Source: Octopus sinensis (lineage: Eukaryota). From it: DNA of 64,000 nucleotides. The stretch covers positions 92,380,001-92,444,000 of the forward strand of contig NC_043000.1 in assembly GCF_006345805.1 (NCBI RefSeq). The letters are read 5' to 3'. Below are positions 1-13,130 of the stretch, piece after piece (the first letter of the stretch is position 1; every line of letters starts with the position of its first letter). Position numbers and translations under genes: made by a program. The notes beneath the pieces were generated by a model that worked only from the letters and a program-made list of their open reading frames with translations, was not told where the DNA came from and made no database searches.

Positions 1-1054
1 TATATATACATATATATATATATACATATATATAATGTATATATGTAATTAAGTATATATATATATATATATGTATGTATATATATATTTATATATATGA
101 ACATATATATATTTCTACTTTAGTGTGTGTGTGTGTGTGTGTGTGTGTTTACAGTCATATGTTCAAAGAAAAATGCATGTATATAAAATGCTACCTATAT
201 TTTTTATTGTTTTTCTGTGATTTTTTTTCTACCCATTTTTTCCTATAAATTACATAATTGCTGCAACGGAGCAGAGGAGCTTGTTATATTGTCATAAACA
301 TTCTCACTCTTTTACATTTATAACCTTCCAAATTCTGACTAGCACTACCGCAAGCTGCACCATTATCCCTGCCACTATCAAACATTCACCACTACCACCA
401 CTACCACTACTACTACTATTCCTGCTGCTGCTACTACTACTACTACTACATTGTGGTTGATAAAAAAGAATGTAAGCCGGCAGTTTCTATGCTTTTGATA
501 TTGTGGTATGGGAGTCTCCAGACAGACCACTTCACAGCTTGTCAATCAATCATCAGAGAACACATACTCAACTTCCTTCCTCAATCAACTGCATAGCATA
601 GATCGACTCACTCGCTCTTTTTTATTTCACCCATCAATAGTAAAGAAAAAAAATGCATTTAAAATCTTGTTGTACCTACAGTGAGACCTTCAAAAACACA
701 AATTTCTTTCTATTATTCTGATTTATATCATGCTGTGGTATATACAGGTATCATTTAAAGTACACAATAGTTTTTTTACATTATTTTTTCTGCAGTTTTA
801 GCTTCAAAGTGTGTTTTTAAAACTTTCTGCATTTTTTGACTTTGTATGTAAAATATTGTTTGTTTGTTTCTCTAACCCTACAAAAATGAAACACATTACC
901 CGATAAGTGCAAGTGCACTTATCAAAATTTACCTAATCACTTACAAAACCTTTTTTCCAAATTTTAAGCCCCACAAAATTAGGGAATACTTATACACAAG
1001 GGTTCCCTATACACGCTAAAATACGGTATATATATATATATATAGGAGTATATA

Positions 1055-1435
1055 GGAGCACTCCGTCGGTTACGACGATGAGGGTCCCAGCTTATACGAT
1101 CAACGGAACAGCTTGCTCGTGGAATCAACGTGCAAGTGGCTGAGCATGCCACAGACACGTGTACCTTTAATGTAGTTCTCGAGGAGATTCAGCGTGACAC
1201 AGAGTGTGACAAGGCTGGCCCTTTGAAATACAGGTACAACAGAAACAGGAAGAAAGAGTGGGAGAAAGTTGAGGTGAAAGAGTACAGCAGGGTTCACCAC
1301 CACCCCCTGCAGGAGACTTGTGAAACTTTAGGTGTTTTCGCTCAATAAACACTCACAATGCCCAGTCTGGGAATTGAAACCGTGATCTTACGACCGCGAG
1401 TCCGCTGCCCTAACCACTGGTCCATTGCACCTCCA
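1055..1435 (-). mobile_element. tRNA-headed SINE, family S2 (tail type a)
   Basis: The minus strand begins TGGAGGTGCAATGGACCAGTGGTTAGGGCAGCGGACTCGCGGTCG..GGTTTCAATTCCCAG, with A-box and B-box-like motifs. Homologous copies lie at 34379, 40751 and 51761. Confidence 0.8.
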
Positions 1436-1895
1436 CCATATATATATATATATATATGTATAGAGAAAGAGAGAACTTTATTTTTTTTCTTTTACATTTT
1501 TCTGCCATTGGACTACGACCAAGCTGGGGTACTCACTTGAAAGATTTTATTCGAACAAATTGCTTCAAGTACTGATTTCTTTAAAGTCTTAGTACTTAGT
1601 CTATGAATCTCTGATGTGAATCTCTATCGAATGACAGTGGAAGACAACCACAAGCCCAAAACCATACACACACACGTACATACACATGCACACTCACATA
1701 CCCACACATGCACACAATAGGCTACTCCACTGTTTCCATCAGTTAAATTCACTCCCAAGACATTAGCTGGGCTAGGTGGGGTGGGGGCTATTGTAGACAC
1801 TTACCCAAGGCACTGCACTGTGGAACTGAACCCAAAGCCATATGGTTGCAAAGCAACCTTCTTCTCCATGCAGCCATCCCTTTATCTCTCTCACT

Positions 1896-1898
1896 CTT

Positions 1899-1933
<35 letters not shown>

Positions 1934-1934
1934 C

Positions 1935-1995
<61 letters not shown>

Positions 1996-2006
1996 CTATC
2001 TGTCTG

Positions 2007-2037
<31 letters not shown>

Positions 2038-2135
2038 CTATCTATCTATCTATCCATCCATCATTCCATCTATCTATCTATCTATCTATCTATCCATCTA
2101 TCTACCTATCTATTTATCTATCTATCTATCTGCAT
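1896..2135. repeat. Compound microsatellite (CT)n-(TA)n-(TATC)n
   Basis: Seen directly; it generates the spurious YI/YLSI ORFs at 1781-2238. Confidence 0.95.
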
Positions 2136-3389
2136 AGATATATTATACGCACATGCATACACACACATGTGCATGCACACACATGCATACACACATACAT
2201 ATATATATATATGTGTGTGTAAAATAATTTTTCTTTAATTGTGAAGTATTAATTATATTAGAAAAAAAAATCTTTAAAAAACAGTTTGTCACAACACACA
2301 TGCTGACATAGACACACATGCACATGCATGCACACATACATTTCCTCTGCACCACATGCAAAACTCATTCATATGCAATTTTCATGACCTTGGCGTGTGT
2401 GATGCACCAAATTGGAAAAAGATCAATCTTTCGCCTATTTCTTCACGCTTGAATGAATTTCTTGGCAGAATAACAAGTGAGAGTAAGGGGTATAATAAGA
2501 AGTGACATGTCAAATTGCTTCCACTAACAACCCCGCTATGTCTGTTCACTCTGCATCCATTAGCAGAGAATAAACACAAACTGGTGAGAGACCTTCAATA
2601 TAATCCTGTGTCACGCTCAATATAACAGTTAACCCTTTTGTATACCAACTTATCTGAAATTGCGCTTGATCCTGTGTCACAAAATTACTATATAAAAAAT
2701 GCCTAAATCAAATTCTTCCATCAAAATTTTATGTTAATTTATGTTCCAAAGCAAGGCAGTGAGCTGGCAGAATCATTATCATGCCGGGTAAAATGCTTCA
2801 TGGCATTTCATTCATCTTTAATGTTCTTAGTTCAAATTCAGCCGAGGTTGACTTTGCCTTTCATCCTTTTGGGGCGGATAATATGAGTACCAGTTGGACG
2901 CTGGCGGGGTCAATCCAATTGACTTTGCCTCTTCCACAAAATTGCTGGCCTTGTGCCAAAATTTGAAACCAATTTATGTTCCAAAACACCAGCATAATAC
3001 TAAGAAAGTTACAGGGTGCTCAGGCTAAGTTTGATGATTTTTTTTTTATGTCTCCTTTATTCAGGAACAGCTTAATGTATTGGTGAACAGTCAACGGTGT
3101 TGGAGAGCATGAAGATTAAAGTTGTAGTTGAGGAAAAGTTAGCTGACATGAAGGACAGTAACATGGTTATTTGCACTGAATATCAAAATGTCAACAAGGG
3201 CCAAGTGAAATTATAGCCATGGCTGATGCTGGTGTCACATACCTGGCACCCATGCTGGTGCATGTAAAAAGCAGCTTTCAAGTGTTGGGACTCATGGAGG
3301 CAATGACAAATAGCTGAGACTGTCAGCAATATGCCGTGCTTGAGAAGAGGACTCATCAAGCCAAGTGAAAATGTAGTTGCGGCAGATAC

Positions 3390-3615
3390 TGGTGTCATGC
3401 AACTGGCACCCGTGCTGGTGGCATGGGAAAGCACCCATTACACTCTTAGAGTGGTTGGCATTTGGAAGGAAGGACACCCAGCAATAAAGAAACCATGTCA
3501 AATCAGACCAGAATCTGGTGCAGTCCCTTGGCTTACCAGTTCTGGTCAAACTGTCCAACCCATGTCAGCATGCACAACGGATGTTAAATGATGATGATGA
3601 TAATGATGATGATGG

Positions 3616-3661
<46 letters not shown>

Positions 3662-3662
3662 T
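3390..3662 (+). mobile_element. RTE-LINE-type 3' tail repeat (family R) ending in (GAT)n
   Basis: ..GTGGTTGGCATTTGGAAGGAAGGACACCCAGC..GTCCAACCCATGTCAGCATGCACAACGGATGTTAAATGATGATGAT. The same motif recurs at about 4330, 20160, 23840, 34050 and 52075. Confidence 0.6.
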
Positions 3663-4329
3663 GACTGTTGGTCAATGTTCTGTGAACACTGTGAAGGTTG
3701 TGAGATGTGACATGGGTAGCTACATCAGGGACAATGAAACCTTGGCCAGGCAGGTATGGACACAGCAGGCATTCTAATAGAATCAGCCCACTGGATTTCA
3801 TTCCCACATCTTTGTAAAGTGAAATTTGACAGTTGTAAACTGTAGAATGACTAATTCTTCTTCTCTCTATCTTTTTCCTCCTCCTTCTCCTCCTCCTCCT
3901 CCTCTCTCTTATCCTTTCTTTCTCTCAATCACCTTTATCATTTATTTTTGGTGTTTTATCTTTTGTCTTTTACTTGTTTTAGTCATTGGACTGTGACAAT
4001 ACACCTTGAAGGGTTTAGTCCCCACCTGGCCAACTCGAATTACATTGTGGGCCACTTTAATCAGAGAAAGGCTTTTGAGGGCTGCTTGTATGCTGACAGA
4101 ATTGAAAGCATTTTGCTTTCTCATGCTATTATTACAATAATGAATGAACGATCGTTGATTCAACTTGAAATATTATCGTTGCAAAAACAGTAATATCTTT
4201 CTTTTTCGCTTTTCATTAAAATCTTTAATTTTTGATAGAATTTTTAAAATCCTTGTTTTAAGAAACCCATATCAAGAAAATATCAAGTGGCCTGTGGGAA
4301 TCAGGTTGACCAGCCCTGGTTTAGTCAAA

Positions 4330-4623
4330 TCAACAAGTGTGGTCAATGGCAGTGCCACCTGACTGGCTCCCATGCCTGTGGCACATAAAAAGCACTATTT
4401 GAACATGATCGATGCCAGTTCTGCCTGACTGGCCCCCATGCCAGTGGTGCATAAAAATCACCCACTACACTCTTGGAGTGGTTGGCGTTAGGAAGGGCCT
4501 CCATCTGTAAAAAACTTGCCAGATCAGATTGGAGCCTGGTGCAGCACCCTGGCTTGCCAGTCTTCAGTCAAACCATCCAACCTATCCCAGCATGGAAAGC
4601 AGACATTAAACGATGATGATGAT
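4330..4623 (+). mobile_element. Family R 3' tail repeat
   Basis: GAGTGGTTGGCGTTAGGAAGGGCCTCCATCTGTA..CCCAGCATGGAAAGCAGACATTAAACGATGATGATGATG. Confidence 0.65.
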
Positions 4624-5990
4624 GTTTCTGCTAAAGAAGTTCTCTTCATGTTCTGGTTCATGTAACAGACTTTAATCTCCATAATTATTTCACTCTTTTC
4701 CATCAATATGTCTTTCTATTTAGCTTGTCCATTTTTTTCCACTTTCCATACTACTTTGCTATCTTCATTGACTAAATAACATTTTCATTCAACACATATG
4801 TGCACATATGCATATGCACACACAAACGCACATGTATTTGTCAATTGACACACACATACACATTTTAACTCATATATATACATACTCTTATACATACCTC
4901 TGTGGTAGTGGATGTTGAGACAAAATTTATGTAAGGACAGTAATGATATTAAATGTACACCAAACATATTCAAACATATATTTGCTCACTCTCTTCCACA
5001 AACACATACACATGCATGCATTCATACACATATCCTCGAATGCAATTATATACATACATTCATGCACTTACACATAGTTCTCCACATGCACATGCACACA
5101 TATGCATACACACACTTGCACACACATACTAACACACACACATGCCTGTCTACCCATGCACAATTTCTCAAGTATAGCAGCTTGTAATTTCCCTATGATT
5201 ATTAAGTTTGTTTATATGTGTTTTAAACAGTTGGTACAATTGAATATATAAATACAGTTATATATATATATTTTTTTTTTACACACATACATGCATACAT
5301 ATGTATATGTATATATATAAATGTGTGCGTGTGTATGTGTGTATGTGTATATATATACACACACAGACATATGTATGTTTATATGTGTGAGTGTGTGTGT
5401 ATGTTGTGTATGTGTATACACACACACACATATACATATATATATATATGTGTGTGTGTTTCTTTATTAGCTCCACACAGGGCTGAACACAGAGGGACAA
5501 ATTACAAAGTAGAGCTTTTCTTTTTGGGGAGAAAAAAAAGATAGATAGATAGATAGATAGACAGATGTTTGTGTGTGTATTATGTTTGTTTGTATGTATG
5601 TATGTATGTATGTTATGTATGTATGTATGTATGTATTATGTTTGTATGTATGTATGTATGTGTGTGTGTGTGTGTGTATGTGTGTGTGTGTGTGTGTGTA
5701 TGCATTTGCATGTGAGAGTTGAGATAAAAACTAACTTTCTTTAGGTACATTTACAGTTGAAGAAACAAACATGTTTTTTTCATGAGTTTTATGTTAATGT
5801 TTCCGAAAACTGATATGTCTCTTTCGCCAAAGAACAAAAAAGAGAAACTGCTCTTTAGCCCTTGGTCACTTTTTGCTTTATGAGCCAAGAAATTAACTTA
5901 ACTTAACTTAAATTGTGATCAAGCTGACCTATGTCAAAAAAGTATTAAAAGTGGAGTTTTAACACACCAGATCAATTGAAAGGTTCATAA

Positions 5991-6400
5991 TACTCTTTTA
6001 CTTGTTTCAGTCATTTGACTGTGACCATGCTGAAGCAACACCTTTAGTCAAGCAAATCGACCCCAGGACTTATTTTTTGTAAGCCTAGTACTTATTCTAT
6101 TGGTCTCTTTTGCCAAACCGCTAAGTTACGGGGATGTAAACACACCAGCATCGGTTGTCAAGCGATGTTGGGAGGACAAACACAGACACAGAAACATATA
6201 CATACACATACATATATATATATATATACAAATATATATACGACGGGCTTCTTACAGTTTCCATCTACCAAATCCACTCACAAGGCTTTAGTTGACCTGA
6301 GGCTATAGTAGAAGACACTTGCCCAAGTTGCTACGCAGTGGGACTGACTGGGAACCATGTGGTTGGTAAGCAAGCTACTTAACCACACAGCCACTCCTGC
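5991..6400 (-). mobile_element. Bipartite tRNA-headed SINE, family S1 (full length)
   Basis: Head GCAGGAGTGGCTGTGTGGTTAAGTAGCTTGC.., internal (TA)/(TG) microsatellite, 3' tail ..AGCATGGTCACAGTCAAATGACTGAAACAAGTAAAAGAGTA. Near-identical to copies at 20701, 38482, 41838, 45301 and 61830. Confidence 0.9.
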
Positions 6401-7208
6401 ACTGATTACTATTATGAAATAATGCATGCTGGTATGTTTTTATATATGTGTATTTTTTAATTACTGTTGTATTATGAGCCCATAAATGCAAAAAGGAAAA
6501 AAAAATTTCATTTGGAAATTTACAAATCATTTAAATCATTAGAAAGCTCACAGCAGTGTACTGAAAAGTTAATTATGACTAATCAATAATTAATTATTTG
6601 ATTAATTGATTAGTTGGTAATAAAACTGAAGTGAGTTACAATCAGTGTGAGAATATGTGTGTTTCTTGGCAAAGTGACCCTCCAAGAAGTACAACAATAT
6701 CAGTTTCAATATATGATTTACTGTTAAATTTCTTGCAAAGCAAATTCAAAAGTTAATCATCTTTTAATTATGTGTGTGTGTATGTATATCTATGTATATT
6801 TAATTAAACACATTTTGTGTGTCTCTGTGTTCATATTTACGGCCTGTGAATTAGCAGCTCAACAAATTAAAACCAAACTTAAAAATAAAGATAGGGATCA
6901 ATATGATAGTTTAAAACCCTTCAAGATTGCACTCCAGTATAGCCAGAGTCCACTGACTGAAACCTGTAAATAAATAGACGATTGCATACCTATTTCTCAT
7001 TAATATTCTAAAGCCACTTGTGCATTAAATACGTTCACACTAATTTAGCCCCTTGCATCATACTTGCAATAGCCTATTACGTGTTTATCCCAAAGATTCC
7101 TGCTCTCAGAAACAATTTTCGGTTTTCCTTTTTACAGCTTCATGTGGATGTCTGTATTTGTCTAGGTTTTGTTCTGAATTTACCAGGCAATAAACCTCTT
7201 TCAGTCTA

Positions 7209-7242
<34 letters not shown>

Positions 7243-7962
7243 TCATGCTGTGAGCATCTTTTTACCGAACACTTTGTGGCTGTTGATATTTTTGTTTTTC
7301 ATTCTTCTTTGGCAACTTTATGTATGTATGTATGTATGTATGTATGTATGTATGTATGTATGTATGTATGTATGCATGTATGTATGTAGGTAAGTATGTA
7401 TGCATATGAGTATATATACATACATACATGCTTACATACATACACAGAACATACACACAAACACATACATACACATACACAATATACACACACATACATA
7501 CATGTATATATATATATGTATTTATACATACACACACATACACACACACACATATATATTTGTATGTATGTATATATCCTGGATTTTTATTTATTTATCT
7601 ATTTGTTTATTATTATTTATTTGTTTTAGTTTTTTGTTTTGGGGCCTCTTTATATTAGTTAAAGTCTCATCATTGATAAACCTTGTTTCACATTGTTCCT
7701 CTGCTTTGCCCAACAGCATTATCTGATGTGCAATTCAAGAACAATCTTACGTATCACCTTTACATTTCTGCCATTTTAGTATATCAACACCACATTCAAA
7801 TGACATATTACCATTCATTCACTTTTATATGACTTTCAATCTGAAGCAGATGTAGTGAGATAACAAGCTGCTAATCTTGTTTTAACTGCATGATAAATCC
7901 TTACACCACAAAACAGAATGCATGTGTACTGACTGTTGTTTATTGCAATGCAATCAGCCTAC

Positions 7963-8027
7963 CTGGTTCAGATAATTTTCTTCAGATTGAAGCAAAGATT
8001 CCCAGGTATATTGTAAACAACATAGTA
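7963..8027 (-). other. Candidate 65-nt exon (one open frame: LCCLQYTWESLLQSEENYLNQ)
   Basis: Acceptor atccctgtttcag| and donor CAG|gtaggc. Only one of three frames is open. No family recognised. Confidence 0.3.
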
Positions 8028-8649
8028 CTGAAACAGGGATTTATTGAATAACTAAACTTATTGTTAATGCAAGAACTGTAAAATCCAAGAGCATTAACAT
8101 TCAACTATCTTTCCCTCTGCACTGCGCTTATTACATATTTCTGCTAAAACCCTCATCATCATTTTACTTTAAATCTTAACATTGGCATTTAGAATTCCAA
8201 TAGTTGCAATACTTTCTGCTTGGAAACCTAAATGAGTATTTCTCAGAGATTCGCAAATTTAAACCCCAAACCTGATATTGTGAAACATTAGTCAGTGAAG
8301 CAGTCATGTTCTCTGGTTATCACCAGCTGTAGGACATACCATAATTTTCATTGCCTTTTACATTTGTAGAATATTAAATTTTGTTCAAGGGCTCACTATG
8401 AGATTTCTAGATTGAGGTAGTTTCAAAAACATGGGAAAATTTGGAATTCATTCCATCAAACATAATCATGATCTAGTCATTAGGTTCATCTTTAATGTGT
8501 TACATAGGCATTTTCTTGTAGAACAGATATATAGAGCTCATCCCAAAATATTCCTTGTATTCCTTATTCGGAAAACAAAAAAAAAAAGAACTCAGGTGGG
8601 ATTTGAACCTACAAAAGTTGGTGAAACTACAGGTGTTAGAGTTGGAAGC

Positions 8650-8833
8650 TCTCCATCATCCCCCATATTCATCTGATCTTGACCCCACTGACCCCGGCCA
8701 GACAAGCAGCTGCTGAAATGGCAAAAGTGTATTGACAATATGGGTGCATACTTTGATGAATACAACTATACCTTGTATTAATAACACATTAGCAAACTTT
8801 TTCTTTTCTACAAATTTCATACTTGACGACCTA
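8650..8833 (+). mobile_element. mariner 3'-end remnant with terminal inverted repeat
   Basis: Degenerate (P)PYSSDLDPTD (YSPDLAPSD motif) and WQKCIDNMGAYFDE, ending AATTTCATACTTGACGACCTAA like a mariner TIR. Confidence 0.6.
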
Positions 8834-8848
8834 ACACACACACACACA

Positions 8849-8898
<50 letters not shown>

Positions 8899-9299
8899 AA
8901 ATCATTACAGGTATAGGCTAAAGAATTATTAATTTAATAATTAATAAATTTTACCAAGTAGTTTTGATATGGAAAAAAACAATTATCGGTAAAAACTTGT
9001 ACAAAAAGTTTTTTTTATATATAATTATAAATATATTTAAGGGTTTAGCAACAAGTTGCTTTACCACATACCGAAAATTTAGAAATAGCAGCCAAAAGAC
9101 AGCTAATTCTTTTCACTACAAATATGATTCCACAGACAACAATATTTGTTACTCACATAGGCAAAAAAAAGAAGAAAAAATAACCAAATCAAAGTCTTCG
9201 ATTAATTATGAACCCGGTTCTGGATTAGAATTATACAAATTCATTTCCTTCATCAACATGATATTTTGAGAATTATAAATTTGAAAATGCTAAAAAAAA

Positions 9300-9620
9300 C
9301 CTACCCTTTACATCTTCGACCAAGCGCCATCAAAACATAACACAAGGTAGTCAACATATCCAAATTTATATAGACAAGTGAATTCATATTTTCCCACCAA
9401 GACTACCATGTGCATCACAAGAGAGTACCACAGAAATTAAAATATGCGGATGGCGAATGTATATCGGTAATCCAAATAGATGAAAAAGTTGCTATACAAT
9501 GATTTTAAAAGGAATCTTGGGCAGGTGCAAAGTCTAATGGCCATTTCGAGAAGATATAGGTTGGTATGGGTGAGTTAATTCCAACCATAACAATCATCTA
9601 TATTTCTCTCATCAGAGTTA
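9300..9620 (+). mobile_element. Highly decayed Penelope-like GIY-YIG endonuclease remnant (tentative)
   Basis: Frameshifted TGTGCATCACAA..AAATTAAAATATGCGGATGGCGAATGTATATCGGT can be read as CASQ..KLK(C)A(GC)GE(C)YIG. It lies just upstream of a hammerhead-bearing repeat. Confidence 0.35.
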
Positions 9621-9863
9621 ATCTAAAGGATTTATAAAAGTTATTTAAATCTTAAAGTTTTAAGCAACATGAGAAATTTAAGAAGTTTTAAAAATCAAAT
9701 GATGTGTTGGAACATACTGTTCAGGTGGAGGATATAATAAGAGCTAAGATTACATGTTTAAATAAATTATGAAGCAATAGATAATAGTGTTTTAAGATGA
9801 ATCCAAATACATACATTGAGTAAATATGAACACTGACCTGTGTAATTTGTTCTCTCTTTCTTA

Positions 9864-9903
<40 letters not shown>

Positions 9904-10004
9904 AGAATAAGCACATAAATTTGAAACAAGGTGGAAAAAAGAGTACTCAAATACCAGAGATAGAGTAATATGCTTTATTTAAGAGCAGCAGAAATGTAAC
10001 ATAA

Positions 10005-10043
10005 GCTGTTACTCAGAGTTTCACGTTCACATTCGTCGGACAG
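10005..10043 (-). ncRNA. Minimal type-I hammerhead motif, family H-A (U4->C)
   Basis: CTGT-CCGACGA-ATG TGAA CGT-GAA-ACTC T GAGT-A-ACAG: stem I CTGT/ACAG, near-loopless stem III, GUA cleavage triplet. Confidence 0.6.
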
Positions 10044-10100
10044 TTTTGCTAAAATAGAACCGAGATAACAATTTGTTATCTAGGTTCTATTTTAACAAAA

Positions 10101-10137
10101 CTATCTGACAAATGGGAAGTGAAACTCCGAGTAACAG
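10101..10137 (+). ncRNA. Minimal type-I hammerhead motif, family H-A (G8->A, decayed)
   Basis: CTAT-CTGACAA-ATGGGAAGT-GAA-ACTC C GAGT-A-ACAG. Together with the opposite arm it reconstructs a canonical CUGACGA..GAAA..GUA core. Confidence 0.55.
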
Positions 10138-10185
10138 CTTTTGTTACATTTCTGCTGCTTTTAAATAAAGTATATATATATATGG

Positions 10186-10520
10186 AGTTTAACGGAGGTG
10201 TAATTCAAATACTTTTACTTCCGGCACATTTTATTTAATATACATATAGTCATTCACTTCCCTGAAGAGAAGATTACATTGTTTTACACCATTTTATTCC
10301 TTTGGAATAATTTCAGAGATATCTTTGAAACATGTGTCGGAAGTAAAATTCCATTTATTTATTTATATATTATACAAAAAAAAACATTTTCCATAAACCT
10401 GAAGTTTCTACCTTTAAAAACAAGGAGTTGCAACCTCTTTACTTGTGTGATTTTTTGCTACCCTGATAACCATTTATCTATTTTTCCTTGTTAAGTGTTA
10501 ACAAGGGAAAAATACGCACA
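10186..10520 (+). mobile_element. PLE pseudo-LTR-type repeat, family H-C, with a short inverted partial copy at 10186-10229
   Basis: 10290-10510 aligns with 50985-51235, which follows a GIY-YIG remnant. 10186-10229 is an inverted copy of the segment after the cleavage site. Confidence 0.65.
10257..10343 (+). ncRNA. Type-I hammerhead motif with long stem II, family H-C
   Basis: Stem I CTTCC(10257-61)/GGAAG(10339-43); core CTGAAGA(10262-68); stem II GAAGAT/ATCTTT with internal hairpin TTATTCC-TTT-GGAATAA; GAAA(10327-30); stem III ACA-TG-TGT; GUC triplet. Confidence 0.7.
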
Positions 10521-10582
<62 letters not shown>

Positions 10583-10641
10583 ATATATATAAAGTTTTAT
10601 AGGAAAAGTGTTGACTAACTTTAAAGTATCAGCTTGCTTAC

Positions 10642-10678
10642 CTTTATGAAACTGTCTGAAGCTGAAACTTTTGAATCA
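10642..10678 (-). other. Candidate 37-nt exon (open frame DSKVSASDSFIK)
   Basis: Acceptor atacatttacag| and donor AAG|gtaagc. One open frame. Confidence 0.25.
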
Positions 10679-12331
10679 CTGTAAATGTATATACAAGTAC
10701 AAGTTTGGCTGTATGATTAAGGAGGTTGTCTCCCAAGCACATAGTTTTGGATTTAGTCACACTGGTGGCATATTAAGCAAATGTTGTCTACTATTTTCCC
10801 AGACGAGCTAATGCCTTGTGAATGAATTTGGTAGAAGCAAAATGAAGACCAAAAATGTGAAAATGTAGTTTCCTTTTGTTCTGTAAGGGACTCTACTGAT
10901 AAAAGTGTACAGGGTAGAATCAGATCTTTCATGGCCCTTTATATAAAATATAATCATTGTTGATCTCACAAAGGCTTGTGTGTGTCTTGGTACTTGTGTT
11001 TTTGTTTCCATTTATGGTCTGTTGAAGTTATGAGTGTAAGTAATGTTGTTTTTGTCACTTCTTTCAACAGATTATCCACTCATTTTGTAACTTCAAAGGC
11101 ATGTGAAATATGAGATTGCTTACTTGAAAAGTAAATAAGGATGAATGACAGGAAAGGCATCTTGCTGTAATATCAATGCCACAGTAATATATTCATCTAA
11201 CCCATGTTAGCTTGGGAAACAGATATAGAAAACAAATGATGGAATGTATATTCATATGGGGACAGTACGGGGTAGAGTTGATTGAGCATTAGACAAAAAG
11301 TTTTGTAATAACTCATTATCATCTTTAATGTTTTGAATTTAAATGCTGCTCAGGTCCACTTTTGTCTTTCATTCTTTAAAGGGTCAATCAAATAAATATA
11401 GAGAATGAAATTGATTTGACTCAGAATTTATTAAAAATTCCCATTATCTTCTATCCTTTTTTATTTGTGCACAAAGTGGACTGTGGCCATCCTGAAGCAC
11501 CACTTTGAGGGGTTTACTCAAATAAATTCACCCCAGTACTTATTTTAAAATGTTGGTACTTATTCTGCCGGTTTCTTTTGTTGCACCACTGAGATATGGA
11601 GACATGCACAAGCCAATACTGGTTGTCAAGCAGTGGTGGGAGACACACACAACATAGACACAGTATATACACGCATAGATACATATGCACAATCACACAC
11701 ACACGTGTGTGATGAGCTTTCTTTCAATTTCTACCTACCACATCCATTCACAAAAACTTTGTTCAGCCAAGGGCTAAAGCAGATAACTTGCCAGAGGTGC
11801 AACGCAATGGAACTGAACTGAAAACCATGCAGGTAATGGCAAATTTTTCACCCACTTAGCCACACCTGCACCTATTGTTTAAGAATAGAAGTAAGAATTA
11901 CTTTGGTTTCTTTTAATAATATATATAAAACAATGAATAATCTATTGTTCTAAAATATTTGATTTTTTTTAAAGAGATTTTGTGTTTAAATTTAGACAAG
12001 AGTTAGAAGAAACAAGGAAGTATAAAATGATGCAAAAAAAGGTAAAAAAAATAGAATGAAATCAATCTTTGTACAGTTTCTTGGAAGATCAATGTTACTT
12101 TTTAAATTTTTGCTGGGTTTTTTTGTATGTGTGTGTTTATTTGGTGAGGATATTTTTCTTCCCTTATCTTGCCCTGTGGTCAAACAAAAAAGAAAAACGA
12201 ATAAAATGTATGCAACAATATCTTAAGCAGGGCCCTGTAGATCTCAGGGACAGCTTGCAGGTTGATAGCAGTATGCAAGATTCTATTAATAGTGGATATA
12301 ACAGTCACAAATTTTGTGTGTTTGTGTGTGT

Positions 12332-12374
<43 letters not shown>

Positions 12375-12454
12375 ATATATAATATATATATATATATATT
12401 ATATATAAATACATCTGTATATACATATATATGTGTATATATGTATATATATAT

Positions 12455-12488
<34 letters not shown>

Positions 12489-12938
12489 CATACACACATA
12501 CACATGCACACATAAATGCACTCTTATGAATGCACAAACTAACTTGCCAACAGACACATAGATAAAAACATACATGGAAACTGACGCAAGTACATGTAAA
12601 CTCTGACAAACAAATGCACAAATATGCACACATTAATACACATACATAAACATACACAAACAAACATACAGTGTTTTACCGATACTGTCTTTGGGTAAAA
12701 CAGTTTTATTTTTTGACATCCCATGAATGGAAAAAAAGCAAAAATAAACAAGCAACAACAAAATAATAATAATAGTAATCCTTTCCACTATAGGTACAAG
12801 GCCTGGAATTTTTTGTGGGGGAAATAGTCTATTACATGTACTGGTACTTAATTTATTGACCCCGAAAGGATGAAAGGCAAAGTCGACCTTGGCAAGACAA
12901 TTATAATACTAGTAATAATAACAACAATAATAATAATA

Positions 12939-12988
<50 letters not shown>

Positions 12989-13078
12989 TATCATATATAT
13001 AAACCATATATATATATACATATTTATATATGTTGTTATATATATATAACCACTTAGTGGTTAAAAAATTCCCTCTTA

Positions 13079-13128
<50 letters not shown>

Positions 13129-13130
<2 letters not shown>

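Larger units (their letters stand above)
9901..10176. mobile_element. PLE pseudo-LTR-type fold-back repeat (family H-A), arms about 104 bp, 1-nt loop at 10072
   Basis: 9968-10071 is the reverse complement of 10073-10176. A single-orientation homologue lies at 62930-63075. Confidence 0.75.
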
